Assembly (NCBI GenBank): GCA_965202585.1
Contig: OZ241830.1
Span: forward strand, 19,282,001-19,346,000
DNA length: 64,000 nt
From: Thalia democratica
Taxonomy: Eukaryota
Direction: 5' to 3'
The position numbers and the translations under genes are program-made. A model generated the notes under the pieces. The model was not told where the DNA came from and searched no databases. It was given only the letters and a program-made list of their open reading frames with translations. Below, one piece after another: positions 37,001 to 49,922 of this stretch. Every line of letters begins with the position of its first letter. The first letter of the stretch is position 1.

Positions 37001-39476
37001 TTTCAGGTTTTTCAACGGCGTATAAGTAATTCTGATTTTGCGAAATACTGGAATGATTTTGCAATGGGATTTGGAGATAAAAACACTAATCATTGGCTTG
37101 GTAATAAAATTATTTGCTTTAGATTATGTCATGCATTTTAACATTATTTTATTAATACTTTTATATAACTTTAGCAGTTGTTATACATTACCCATTTTAC
37201 ACTTTTGCGTTTCTTTTATTATAGAATACGAGCTTTTGTGTCTGTATAATACTATGACTGCGAAGCCTAATAAATGATTACGTAAGCGGTTTTTGAAGAA
37301 TATGAACCTTAAACAAAGCTTTGTTTGTTTATTCTTAAAATACAAATATTTATGCTTAGTTTCTTTTATTATTGTTTTAAATGGCTATAAACACAGCGAC
37401 CCTTGAGATTTCAGCTAATATTTTTTTTTGGCAAATATCACAAAAACACTATTGCAAAATGTTTGACGATTCTAAAGAACTTTCACTTTGGCCCCATTCG
37501 CTATTTTGAAAACCAACCCAAGTTTTTAGGGACCTAATAAATGCGAACTTGGAGTTTTTAGCTGGAAATGTTTACATGTCACAACTATTAGAAAACAAAT
37601 TGGTTACAATTTAAAACGATTTAATAAAACTTTTAAAAAGGTACTTCTTAATATTTTGGAAAAGATTGTAAATTCAAGGAAACTTACAAAAAGTGATAAA
37701 AAATTACATAAAATCAAGAAGAGCCTTCATAAAACTTTGTTTAAATCGTCTTAAATTTGGAACAACATGTATTTGTGATAATTGCCACATGTAAAAAAAT
37801 CCAGCTAAAATTTTTTTAGTAAAAAAATTGGGGTCCCTTACAGTTTTAATTGGGATGGTTATTAAAAATCGATTGCTGTAAAGTTAAAAGTTTCTTCAAA
37901 GCATCTATAATTTTGTACAGAGTGTTTTTGTGATTCTTGTAAAATAATCTAATGTGAAAAAAAAAGTTTTGCTAAAAACTTAAGGGTCGCCGTATGTATA
38001 AGTACTCTATTATAGTTTGTTATTATTTGTAATTCAAATTAAAATTAGTTGAACAAGTGCCCTATTGTACATGTTTCATTAAACTTTTACAAACCAACAA
38101 CTATAAACTCATTGAAGATATTTTAGGCATTTACAAAAGCAAGTTGTACTTGATCATCAGTAATATTTATTTAAATTTGATAAATAAAATGTATTAGGTC
38201 TAGACCACCTTAGCGCACTAACTCATATGTTCGATGCTGAATTTCGTGTAGATGTGACAACTGTAGACGATAAATCAGCATACGCTTATTACAGGTAAAA
38301 TTTTAATATTTGACAATTCTTTTAGATTTTTTATTAAGAATTTCACTAAAAACGATAAAAAATGCAAATGTTTTAGCCATTTCAAAGTTGCAGACGCCTC
38401 AGACAAATACCGACTGAGTTGTTCTGGATACAAAGGCACTGCAGGTGAGTTGGTTTGTCATGCTAACTTAATTTTTTTTTTAAATACAATATACGGGTAG
38501 CTGTCAAATTTGCACGAGGAGACAAAAATGCATAAAAGATGTTTTTGCATAAAGGGTATTTTTTGCACGAAGAAACTTTTTCACGAGCAGAAAATTATAC
38601 ACAGAGAAACTTTTGCAAAAGTTTTTTTTTTTTTGTAATTTTTTTTATTTTAGTATAACTTTTACACCTAGCCGTTTCCCTCGGTCGGTAGATTTTTTTT
38701 TAATAATAATTTTTATTAGTTATTTTATATTTTTAAAATTTTACTATTACTGTTACCCCTAACCCTTACCCTCAGTAAGTAACTTATTTCTTCATTGTTG
38801 TTAAAAATTGTCTTTTAGTTTATTTTTTTAATTTTTTACTCTCGTGCTAAAATGTAACTCATGCAAAACTGACCCTTGGTGCAAAATCGTCTTCGTGCAA
38901 TTTTGTTCTCTCGTGTAATTTTGTGCAATCGTGCAAACTTGGCTTCGGGCATTTTTAAGCATTCGTGCAATTTAGTCTTTGTGCAATTTATACCCGTTTC
39001 CACAACATACAGCTAAAAACTTAAGTTTAGTTATAAAAGAACTAAACTTTTCAAAAAATTCATAACAAAAATAAAGGGTTTCTAAACTTAAAACAGTGCT
39101 TTTACAAAACTTCTACTCGAAGCAGTTGTCAGTTTCAGCAACTTTTGCTCTTTTAAAAAGCTGACTTTAAAAACGCGCAGGCGACGCGATGGGAAAAGAC
39201 GCGGACGAATCTAGCACCGCCCACGGCATGCAGTTTTCCACCAGGGACCAGGACAACGACGTGCATGCAACCAGCCACTGCTCGAGGTACTTCCACAACA
39301 GCGGCAACTGGCACAACCAGTGCTTCCGGCAGAACCTCAACGGGCAGTACCGGGCGGACGCCCACTGCTCGTTCACTTGGAACACGTTCAAGACCGAGAC
39401 GAGGTGCAAGGGGAAGAGCGGGAACAGCAGGTCGCAGCTCAAGGGGTCGAAGATGATGATCAGACCGAAGAGTTGA
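34016..39476 (+). CDS. FReD receptor copy C: type II TM, 1 EGF exon, FReD (predicted 347 aa, 7 exons)
   Basis: Exons 34016-34193, 35633-35809, 36674-36807, 37007-37100, 38198-38294, 38377-38444, 39181-39476; GT-AG, phases match, 1044 nt open. Confidence 0.9.
34607..34970. mobile_element. MITE-like insertion in intron 1 of copy C
   Basis: Imperfect inverted ends (aatttggacaattc / gaattgtccgaattt), 15-bp repeats caattcaaattccga, flanked by cccaac on both sides; homologous intron segments of A (about 11200) and B (about 25930) lack it. Confidence 0.6.
36095..36439. mobile_element. Older hAT MITE copy (family of 23152-23452)
   Basis: Starts caggggtctgcaaa; internal gcggcc motifs; degenerate TSD gcataagc / gtttaagc. 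Confidence 0.65.
38493..38997. mobile_element. TIR element with subterminal tgcacga/tcgtgca repeats in the last intron of copy C
   Basis: Ends acgggta / tacccgt; ttgcacga repeats on the left and tcgtgcaa on the right; related fragments at about 42845-42925 and 62025-62090; no clear TSD. Confidence 0.6.
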
Positions 39477-39489
39477 GATGAGGACATGT

Positions 39490-39495
39490 AATAAA
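39490..39495 (+). terminator. Poly(A) signal AATAAA of copy C
   Basis: 13 nt after the stop; conserved context ctgacgttatatgtttt. Confidence 0.55.
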
Positions 39496-41984
39496 CTGAC
39501 GTTATATGTTTTAAAGTTTAAACTAGTGTTGGTTAAGTTATGAAGTGTTGTATCTCAAGCTTTTGTTAAGGTGTTCAACTGTTTAGCAAATTTAATTTAG
39601 TTTGAATCTTTGTGAGTAAAAAAGTATTAAATATAAGTCATATTGAAAAAAAAGCTTAATCTTTGTTACAATGTTGTACTACAACAGTTTACAAAGACTG
39701 TAAAATAGGCTGTGAGCCATTTTAATAGCCTTAAATAATATTATTTGATTTTGAACAACACTTACTTTTTTCTAGAAAAAAATTGTAGGTAACAAACGTT
39801 ACATACTTACAAAAGTTTAAAGCTCGGTTATAACAAAGCGAAACTCTACAAAATTTTTGTTTTTGTTTATTACCTACAATTCTACTGGATAAGATTTCGT
39901 TGTGTTTTCTTATATCACTTTATAAGTAATAACATTTTCTTAATAAAAATTCTATACTACCTTAATCAAACATAAGTTGTTTTTTCAAATATATATTGAA
40001 GTTTAAACAAACAAACGTTTTCGTAGCAAGATAACATTTTAGCCACTCTGTTAATAAGTAAATAAACATTATTCTTATTACTTCATAGAATTAAGTTGGT
40101 CTACATTTCTAAGTTTTGCTGATATCAATTTTAGTTATTCGATAAAACCTAAAAAATATTTTGTACTGAAAGTTGCGACTCTTTTGTTAAGTTTAGTTTT
40201 AATAATATTTAATATTATGTCTCAAAAACTTACAAAATAAATTCTCAAACTATAGAGAAAATAAGAGAAAATTTTTACATAGTATAATTCGATTGAGTAA
40301 TTTATAAAAAAAATTTGAGTAATTTTTTTTTTGTCTAAATGAGATTTTTCGGCTAGACAAGTAGCCAGTAATTTGACGTCAGACATACAACAACAAGATT
40401 TAATTACTTACAATTGAATTGTTTAGCTATACGTATCTTATATACTATTTAATCTGCATTGGGAATTAGTGAACACTTTTATAATAATATAGTAGCGCTA
40501 TGTCTGATTCAATTGTTTCATATTTTGTACATTTAATAATAAAGTTTAAAAAAAGACTATTTTTTTGTTTTTAATTTAACTAGAATTTAATGAAACGTAT
40601 ACTATCATTTTAGCTTTTAAGTCAAAGTAGAAACTAAATAGCTATTATACGTATGCGATAAATTTGCGAGTAATCTTGTTGTTGTTGTAGTTAAATTAGT
40701 ATTACTTAACTACTCAACTAATTAAAATATTTAAAGCTTATCTAATTTACGTAAGCAGACTAAAGTTTTATACTTACAGTTAATAAGCTAGCAACACTAC
40801 GGATCTAGTTTAAAACTTATCGAATAAAGTTGTATACTAATTTCAATACTCTCTCTATTAATCACTGAGCTAAAAGAATATATTAAGTTTAAGAGTACCA
40901 TAAATAGCACATAATCTGTTTTTAGCGTTTAGTGTCTAATTAAACATTTGGTAACCAAGTTCTAGTGGCTCTAGTATAATAAAAAAATATCTATATATCA
41001 CACCTATAGTTGCTAATTACTTTAATAATTAGAACTTTCACAAAATAAGGTTTTAAGCTTATAGAACAGTTTTACATATCATAATATTATTTAGAATAGC
41101 TTAAAGTTTCAAAGAATTACTTTATTTTGTTTATGTATCAGTTTCTTTTTATGATTTAAGTATGTTCTTATTCGTTTATTGAATTCTATATCTTGTTCAT
41201 TTATAATTTTTTTACTATTAATTTTGGTTTAGCTTCTGTTGTGCTGATTTATTTTTGTGTTTTATCAGTTTGTAAAAAAAAAACATTTATTTTACTTTTT
41301 TGTAAACTAGGGTTTTCAAAGATTTCCATTTTCCATGTTGTTTATTTTAGTTTATAGTGTTTATTGTTATCAGAAACTTATTATTATTTAAAATTGTACT
41401 TAAGAGAAAAACAAGGACACAAGTAAATGCATGTAATGGTTTTCATCAAACTTCTACCAATTTTTACCAAAGTAAAAATTTTAAGAAAAAAAAAACTATC
41501 ATGGACAAAAAGCTAAAATCTACTGAAATAAAAAACAGTCTTATAAAAAATTAGTTTTTAAATAGTCACGTGAATTTTTTCATTTTTTCTAGCAACATAA
41601 AAATATACTACTAGCTTATTACAACTTTTTAAACTATGCTTTTCAGTTAATAAATCTAAAATAATTTTTTACTGTTTTTAGTTTGTATAATTTTTAATTA
41701 TCTATATATTTGTAGTAGTTTTTGCAATAAATATATTTATAACCTTAGCTTTGTTGATAAACTTTGTGTTATAGATACAATATGTTTAAAGTATTGGAAT
41801 ACGTATGATCTATCACAAAACAAATACAAAATTTATTGTTTTTTCCTTAAAATTAAAAAGGTAGTTAATTAATTATTAAAACTATGTTATTTACAACTTA
41901 TCTTTGGCGAAAAAGTTAATTTAAACTGTGTAATAGTGAATTCGGTATAAGCTGTCAGGAAATATATGTATTCATTATGGGAGT

Positions 41985-42238
41985 CGATCATTTCTAACCC
42001 GCTATCATTTCTAACCCGTTCACTTCTAACCCGATCACTTCTAACCCGATCACTTCTAACCCGATCACTTTTAACCCGATCATTTCTAACCCGATCACTT
42101 CTAACCCGATCACTTCTAACCCGATTATTTCTAACAATATCATTTCTAACCCGATCATATCTAACCCGTTTTAACCCAATCATTTCTAACCCGATCATTT
42201 TTAACCCGATCGCTTTTAAACCAATCGTTTCTAACCCA
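41985..42238. repeat. 15-bp minisatellite (ttctaacccgatcac)n, about 17 units
   Basis: Directly visible; produces the repetitive ORFs 41887-42198 and 41966-42382. Confidence 0.95.
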
Positions 42239-45200
42239 TTCTACTTGTTTATTTTATTTTTTTTTTTTAATCTGGACTTCATGCAAAAACAAACTAGTCT
42301 TAATAAAGTTTTATATACGCCTAAGACTTTTTTTTTGCTCTTCAGCGTCAATTTCCAGTATAAGTTACAAATTTTGGATTAATAGCTGCTTATTGCCCAA
42401 GTAAGCCCTGGTCTAGTATAAGTTGCAAAACTACACTTAAAACGCTTTAGATCTTTTTTTTTTTAATTTTTAGCTCTTAACCATCAACTCCAGAATATCT
42501 AGTATATGTTTTAATACTACTCTAAAATACGCCTAAACCTTTTTTTGCTACTCATCGTCAACTACAGAACACTTGTGTAAATTTCATATTATTGCCTCAT
42601 GGCCCCTGTAGCCACTTAACTACTCACGCCTCTCCCCCATTTCAGCTTATAGGGCCTTAAATTTCTGTAACGGCTTACTGTGGGAAACTTTTATCGAATA
42701 TTAAAAAAAATAACTAAATAAAAATAGAATAAGTTAAATACATCACACAAAGAGACTAAATTCAGTAATTTTTTACACTTCTGTTTTGAAAGTTTTGAAA
42801 TTTTGATATTTGAAAGTACTAAAACCAAAAACTTTATTTTAAGGTCAGCTGTCATATTTGCACGAGCGTACAAAACTGCACGAGGGCACAAAAATGCACG
42901 AAGATACATTTGCACGAGGGGAAAATTTCACTTTCTTTACCAAAAATTATATTAAGGAAATAGTATCAAGTTTTCAATCCATACAAAATTTTATTTTTGT
43001 GAAGCTGTTGCCAGCCACCTTAATTATTCTAAATTTTTATGTATAAATGGATATAAGTTAATTTATGTTGTATTAAATTAATAAGAAAGTCTAAATTAAA
43101 GTTTGTGTTCTTAACATCTTGCTACTTGCTTATTATTTTAAGAGGTACAGTACATTATAAACAAAAAAAACGCTAAAATGCTTATTTTATTTTCTTCTGT
43201 TGTTTTCTTACTACAAGTATTATCTATCAAATAAAATTGTAAACTTATAACGTCATAATTTTCAAAGGTAGGCTTTACATTATGATACACATATGAACTT
43301 ATTGGAATTAATTATTGTTTAAAGAATACTTTTTTATCTATAGTTTTTTTTTGATTTATTTATTTGTAATTGAAAATTTTAGATAGTTTAGTATTTTAGC
43401 AAACTTAAAATTTTAGTCATTGTTGGTGATTTCTTAGGTTTATAAAACTTTTTATAAGAAAATTGTTATTTTATAGTTGTTAGTTAAAATTAAGTGAAAG
43501 ATTAGATAGCAGTTGTTTGATCAAACTGTTGACTCATTTCTGAAAGTAATTTTTAACTATTATTTGTTTACCTGTTTATTTCAATACTTTTGTTCCTTTA
43601 CATGGTTTGTAGAAATGTGAAGTTTACTTTTTACAGAAAAGTATAAAAAAAAAAAGATTTCTCCTTAAGTTTTTCAAAACATACAAGTGTTTCGTTAAGA
43701 GTAAAAATTTGCTTGTAAAATATAATTGTATAAGTACTTATATAATAAAATAAATGTTTGATTAGAAAAACACAAAGTTTAAAGGGTTCTAATGGTTTTG
43801 GAAAGCTTTAATATTTATAAAACAGTGAGCAATTTTGGTAATCGGCAAGCAAGATATAATAAAAAAATATTTTTACGGACCAACCTTATTTCGAAAAATC
43901 GTCGCGTTGTTTAAAAAATTTACACTGTGAAAATTGAAAACATATTTATGAGAAAAATTGTATTACATTGATATTTAATAATCACTACTGGGTACTAAAA
44001 ACTAAATTGAAAACTAGTATAGTACATACTTCTTTTGATTGAAAATTAAACTTGCTGGTTTAGCAAAAATTTACTTTTAGAATAAATTTAGTCGTGCGCC
44101 AGTTATGGCTCTTCTAAACGTAGGTTTGCTGCAAGTAGTATAATAAAAAATATTAACTTAGGCAAACTAGCCTTTTTTTTAATTTAAAATTATGTGAAAC
44201 AAAACTTTTGAGTTGAAAGATTTAATACAATATAACAACTAATACAGAATTAATAGTTTAAAAAAAGTATCATAACTTTTAAACAAAATAATAGTATATT
44301 TTATATTAGACAGACACTTAGGTGGTGAAAAACTTTTAATAAAAAATAATAACAGTTTATTATTTACAGACATATTTGTTTTAAGTTTCTATTCATGCAA
44401 ATTAACATTTTGATATCAAAAATACATATAAAAAAGAGAAAACAATTGAACTTATTAAAAGTAAACATAAGGTGACCTAACTTATAGTATATTTATTTTG
44501 AGAAAAAGTTTTTAAAATAGCAAGATTATTATTAATAAAATAAAGCTTAGAGTAACAACGTTTATTTGAATAATCAATAAAAATTATATATATTTGACAT
44601 TAATTGAAATTGTTCCTGCATTTTATTAGATTATGCGTTACAAAAAAGAAAAACTCAATAAGTACTTTTAATAAATTTAATTATATAATGTTTTTTCAAT
44701 TAGAGAAATTAAGTACTTTTTAACTAAAAATTAGCACAAACAAATAAGTTGATTATAAATTAAGTGTATGATAACAATACTAACTATACTAACTTGTTTT
44801 AAAGTACACTGGTACGAATTATTATTGTTAATAAATAGAACTTCAAAATTTATGAACTATTTATAAAGTTCATAAATAGCAACAAAAATTTAAAATAAAT
44901 GACACATTGACTTTTTCCTGCCCTCACAGTTTTATCGAGCTGCTTTCTTTTTTCAAATATTTAGTTAGGTGCTATAGCCCTAGGGCAAATTGGCGTAAAT
45001 TTTTACCACTAGTAGGACAACCGCTATTGTGAAACTAAACGTGAGCTAAAATTTTGATAAGTTCAAAGGATCTAACGAGAGTCTTAACATTTTCACACGA
45101 AAAAGTCCATTTAACTTGAGATCTTGAAATTTAGTTTTATAACAACCTGCAGTAACAAAAAGTTGTTGGCTTAATAAACTTATGCTTTTATGTTTTAATA

Positions 45201-45782
45201 TGTTTTAGTTTATGCTGTAGTTATAGCTAATTTTCGAGCATTAAGAAGTTTTTAGAGTTTTAGTCTAATGAACCAATTAAAGTTTATTTTTGACTTATTT
45301 TTGCCTAGATATACAGAAATATTTAACCTGCAAAGTATTTTTACAAAATAAGAATTTGTATGACAATAAAGATTGTGTTTTTAAGTTAATTAAGAGTTTT
45401 ATCAGTATTTTAGTTTTTTAGTTATTGTCACTACATAATATTTGGTTTAATAAATTAGGTTTTTAATTATATTAAAAATGTGATTTTGGTTTATAATCTA
45501 ATACCTATAAAATCAGACTTTGTAAAATTTTATTTAACCAGGTTTTTTGTTAATGTAATGCTTACCCTTCATTTTAATTTTTGTGAATTTTATAGTTTTT
45601 GTTTGTTTAGTTAACTTTTACAACGTAACAGTAAATTTAATTTTTATTTATATTTTTAGTGTTAGAAATATGTAATTTATTTTAAATAAGCTATCATATT
45701 AATGATACTAATAATAAAAACAATAACAAAGATTTGCTATTTCAGTAATTGATTTATAGTTAATTCATGGATTATTCATAGA

Positions 45783-46024
45783 CTTCGACAACTGACCCCG
45801 GCACTAAAGCCACCCTGCCAAGACGTTTAGTTCGATTGAACAAGCCAACAAATGTCGAAATAAAAGAAGGTGACTATCAGTTTCAAGTGAAGATTTAGGA
45901 TAATAAAATAAAGAAAGGTGAAAGTTGCCCGACCAGCTCTATTTGGTTAAATTGATTCGTCAGAGTTTTTAGATACATTGTATTAAAAGTTTCATCAATG
46001 ACAGAAACCTTTTTAGTTTGAAAG
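45783..46024 (+). pseudogene. Decayed exon of an unknown protein (left palindrome arm)
   Basis: TLPRRLVRLNKPTNVEIKEGDYQFQVKI*DNKIKKGESCPTSS...INDRNLFSLK then aaag|gtatgt; stops and a frameshift. Confidence 0.5.
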
Positions 46025-49000
46025 GTATGTCAGGTTAGAATTTTAGCAAAATTTTAAAGTTATATTATGTTATCATATGTTATTTATCTAATAAACTTTA
46101 ATAAAAGCGTGTGTAAAGTATTTAGAAAAAGGTAATTGCTAGTAAGTCTTTTGGTAGCATTATTTAAACTAGTTATAAATTATTCAATGTTCTTTTCAAT
46201 GCTTCATTTAATTTCGGTTTCATTAACTGCTGCTTAACATTAAATTTGCAAAAATAATTAATATTTTTAAAAGCTTAAATTATACTGTTTTGTATCAAAT
46301 TTTTTTGTTTAGCTTGTAGTATAAGCAAGGAGTAAAGTACATCAAATTTAAAAATCACATATAAACATAAGTATCAGATGTGTTTTGGCCTAAATAAGAA
46401 AAATTAGGAAAATAGGATAAAATTCTGCAAAAAAAAATGTTGCACCCTAAAAAACTGGATTGAACCAAAAAAAATTACATATTTACTAGTTTTTCGACAT
46501 AAGTAGTAATGAAGTCACTTATACATGTTCTAGACTAGACTTATAATCTATATCTTAAATGAAAGCTTATAAATATAGGCATACAATTTAAAGACCTATC
46601 AACTGCTTTTAATATGTTATGACGTAATAATCATACGAAACATGCTTTTTTTTTTAATTTGTACTTTTTTTTTATAATTGTAAAAATCAAATTCTTCTGC
46701 TGTACTAATTTTCATTTCTTTGATTTTTACAACCAAATGTGTGGAGTCAGTTAACTAGAAATAAACTACTAATCTAGTGTCATTTTAATTGCATGTTGAC
46801 AAAGATATAAAATACATTTAAAATCCTTTTTAGTTATTAAATATTTTGATTATTGAGAACACCTGAATAAGTGTAAAAGAATTTGGCCTATAACCGAAAA
46901 GGTTCTTTGGTAACCAAGATATACTTCGTGTACCAGGTTCTAGAACCAAACATCTGAGCGTCTTTTTTTGTTGTTCAATAAACTATATATATATTTTAAG
47001 AAATGCATGTAAAATTATTGAAGTTAATGTAATTTTATTGTTTAAATATAAAAACTTTTTATTTAATTAAGCAATCTGTATTTTTCTGTATTAATATGTT
47101 ATTTTGATTTAGTATTAATGATGTTTTTGTTTTCACAATACTAATAGTTTAAGTTTTTAAAGTATTTCACATTTAAATTAATTTTAACTTAAATTGTAAG
47201 TTAGTTTAAATCTTTCAATTTTATAATTTGAAAGCTGTATATCAAATCCTATTAAGTTTTAAATCATATCTGATTATTCTTGTATTTACTTTACATAAAT
47301 GCTATTTACAAGACTTAGCTCTAAGCAAGGTTATAACTTTAATATATAAAATATATAACATACAAAAGCCTACAACTTGCTAAGAGCTATATTATACACA
47401 AAGTAGAATTATATTTTACTAGGTATTGAGTTGATAATAACTATATACTATGTTTTTGTTGAAGAACAAAACAATTCTAAAGCATAATCACAGTAAAATG
47501 TTATTATTAGATATGTCACTTGAGAGTATTTGTGATTTACTTCTTTGTTAAAATAGTATAATACTGTTTTCTGGGACACCTTTTTATTTAAAATTTTTTT
47601 CTAAATATACTTTATTAAAGTGAAAAGTAAAATTTATTACTGTTAACAAGTTTCGTTTTATTTAAAACTTTGAAAGAACATATCTTTAATAAGTGCTTAG
47701 ACCTACTATAAATTGAGGGCTTATAACTATGCAGAACTACAATCTTGCATCTTTGTTTTATTTTGGCCTACAAAAAATGCTAAAGATATTAATAGCAATG
47801 CAGACTAAAGTATTTGGTGAAGGGTATGTACTATCGAAATCCTAAGTAAAACTGAGATTGATATTAGTAGTAAATTATTACTTTAATATAATATATGTGA
47901 AGCAATTCAATTATAAAAAAAAAAAACAAGATAGAAAGGTGTCCCTAGAAGCGATATAATACTATTTTACACAAAAGTAAATGACAACTACTTTTAACAC
48001 GGATATTTATAATGTTTTTCTATAATGAATATGATTTAGGCTAATTTTTTGTTCTTTAAAGTTATTATCAACTCATTACCTAGTAAAATGTAATTTAGTA
48101 TGTGTTTGATATAGCTCTTAGCAATGTATAAGCTTTTGTATGCTTTATAGATAAAAGTTTATACCTTGTTAAGGGCTAGTTTTGCGAGTATCATTTGTAA
48201 AAAATATATACAGAAATTAACTGCAATAAGTTTAAAGCTAAAATGAATTTTGTATAAAGCTTTTAAATCAGAGAATTAAAACATTTAAAGAACGGTACTA
48301 ATTATGATTTAATTAATTTAATCATAATAAATTTAAAACACTTTAACATCTGTACCAATAGTTAAGTAAAAACAATTACATACTTAATCAAAACTTTAAA
48401 AATGAAATTAATAAAGATAAACATATGTTGTTTACCAAATAAGTAGTCTTTATATTAGAACAATAGAATAACACTAATTTTCTTAAGTTTACATGCATTC
48501 TTAAAATACATAAGTATAGTTCTTTTACACTCAGTCAGGTGCTCTCAATAATCATAATACTTAATAACTGAAAGCGGTTTTGAATGTATTTAATGTTTGT
48601 ATCAACATGCAATTGAATTAACATTACATTAGAAATATCTTTCTGCTTAACTGACTCTACTTATTTGAAAATAAAAATTAAAAAACTAGAATTAAAACAG
48701 CAGAAGCATTTGATTTTATATTATAATAAAGTACCATTTTAAAGATGAAGTTTGCATATTTAGTGTGGTTATAACGTCATAACAAATCAAAAACAGTTGA
48801 AATGGTTTTAGATATATTTCTACAATTATAAGCTTTCTTTTAAGATATAAATTATAAGACTAGCACATGTATAAGTGACTTTATTACTACTTAAGCAAAA
48901 ATTAAAAAAATGTAGTAAGTTTTGTGTTTAAACCAGTTTTTAAGTTTTCAACATTTTTTATTTTTTTTAATACTTATAAATTAAGCCAAAAAATATCCAA

Positions 49001-49550
49001 ATCATATACTAAAATGTGTTTTACAATAATATATGTTGTACTTCTTACACTTAATGTAAGTTAATAAAAAAATTTAATGCAATTAATGTAGAAAATTAAA
49101 CTTTAAAAATCTTCATAAAGTTTTGCAAACTTGACGTTAAGCTGCAGTTGATACTACTAAATTTAGATGATGCATTTAAATTTTATGTGCTTAAAAAAAA
49201 CAATGCGACGCCACTGCTTGCAATTACCTTTTTTATATAATTTACATTTACTTAGATAAGTAATATATAGTAAAAAATAAAACACTTTAAAATTATGCAA
49301 AAGTTTTAACCTGACTTGCCTTTCAAATTAAAAAGGTTTCTGTCATTGATGATATGTATAATGCAATTTTTCTCTGAACTCTGACGCATCAAGTTAACTA
49401 AACAAAAGCTGGTCAGGCAATTTTCACGTTTCTTTATTTTATTATCCTTAACCTCCACTTGAAACTGATGGTGACCTTCTTTTTTCTCGATTGGTTAACT
49501 TGTTTAATCCAGCTAAACGTCTCGGCAAGTTGGTTTTAACGCTTTTGGTT
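45790..49550. repeat. Degenerate inverted duplication: arms about 45790-47590 and 47930-49550, spacer about 340 bp
   Basis: Collinear matches: 45810-46035 with rc 49305-49535; 46560-46645 with rc 48750-48840; 46820-46880 with rc 48520-48590; 47310-47585 with rc 47930-48190. Confidence 0.85.
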
Positions 49551-49715
49551 GGTAGTAGAAGTAAAAGTGTTATTTATTATTCAGTCTAAACAGCTGTACG
49601 CTCTTATTAAATACAACCAACAAAAACATCGGTGATAGTCTGCAGAGCAGAAGCCTAGACTTTTTTATGCCGTGTGAAAAGATTAAGTTTAACAAAAGTG
49701 TTGTTCATACCAATT
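49319..49715 (-). pseudogene. Decayed exon of the same unknown protein (right arm, extended 5')
   Basis: IGMNNTFVKLNLFTRHKKV*...QTITDVFVGCI...NLPRRLAGLNKL(fs)KEGHHQFQVEVKDNKIKKRENCLTSFCLVN...IINDRNLFNLK then aaag|gcaagt. Confidence 0.5.
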
Positions 49716-49922
49716 TAATCATCAGACTACAAGCTTTGGTTAGACCTAGACCGGTTTCGTCCTTATTACGACTTGTCAGCCACTCACAACTGAAAAACTT
49801 GCAGTCATCAATCTACAAACGGTTTATCATGCTTTTACATGAACCAAGCGTTTGCTTGTAGTTTGCTTGCGGATCATTGAAGTCAGCATTGTCTTTTTCC
49901 CTGCAACGTGGTCGTATGATCG

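Noticed and set aside
39181-39476. Horizontal or contaminant origin of the GC-rich exon
   Set aside because: Canonical in-phase acceptor, homologous intron and 3' UTR flanks in all three copies, and it completes a metazoan FReD.
41887-42382. Repeat-protein ORFs or interstitial telomere
   Set aside because: ORFs are translations of the 15-mer; ctaaccc is embedded in a longer unit, not tandem TTAGGG.
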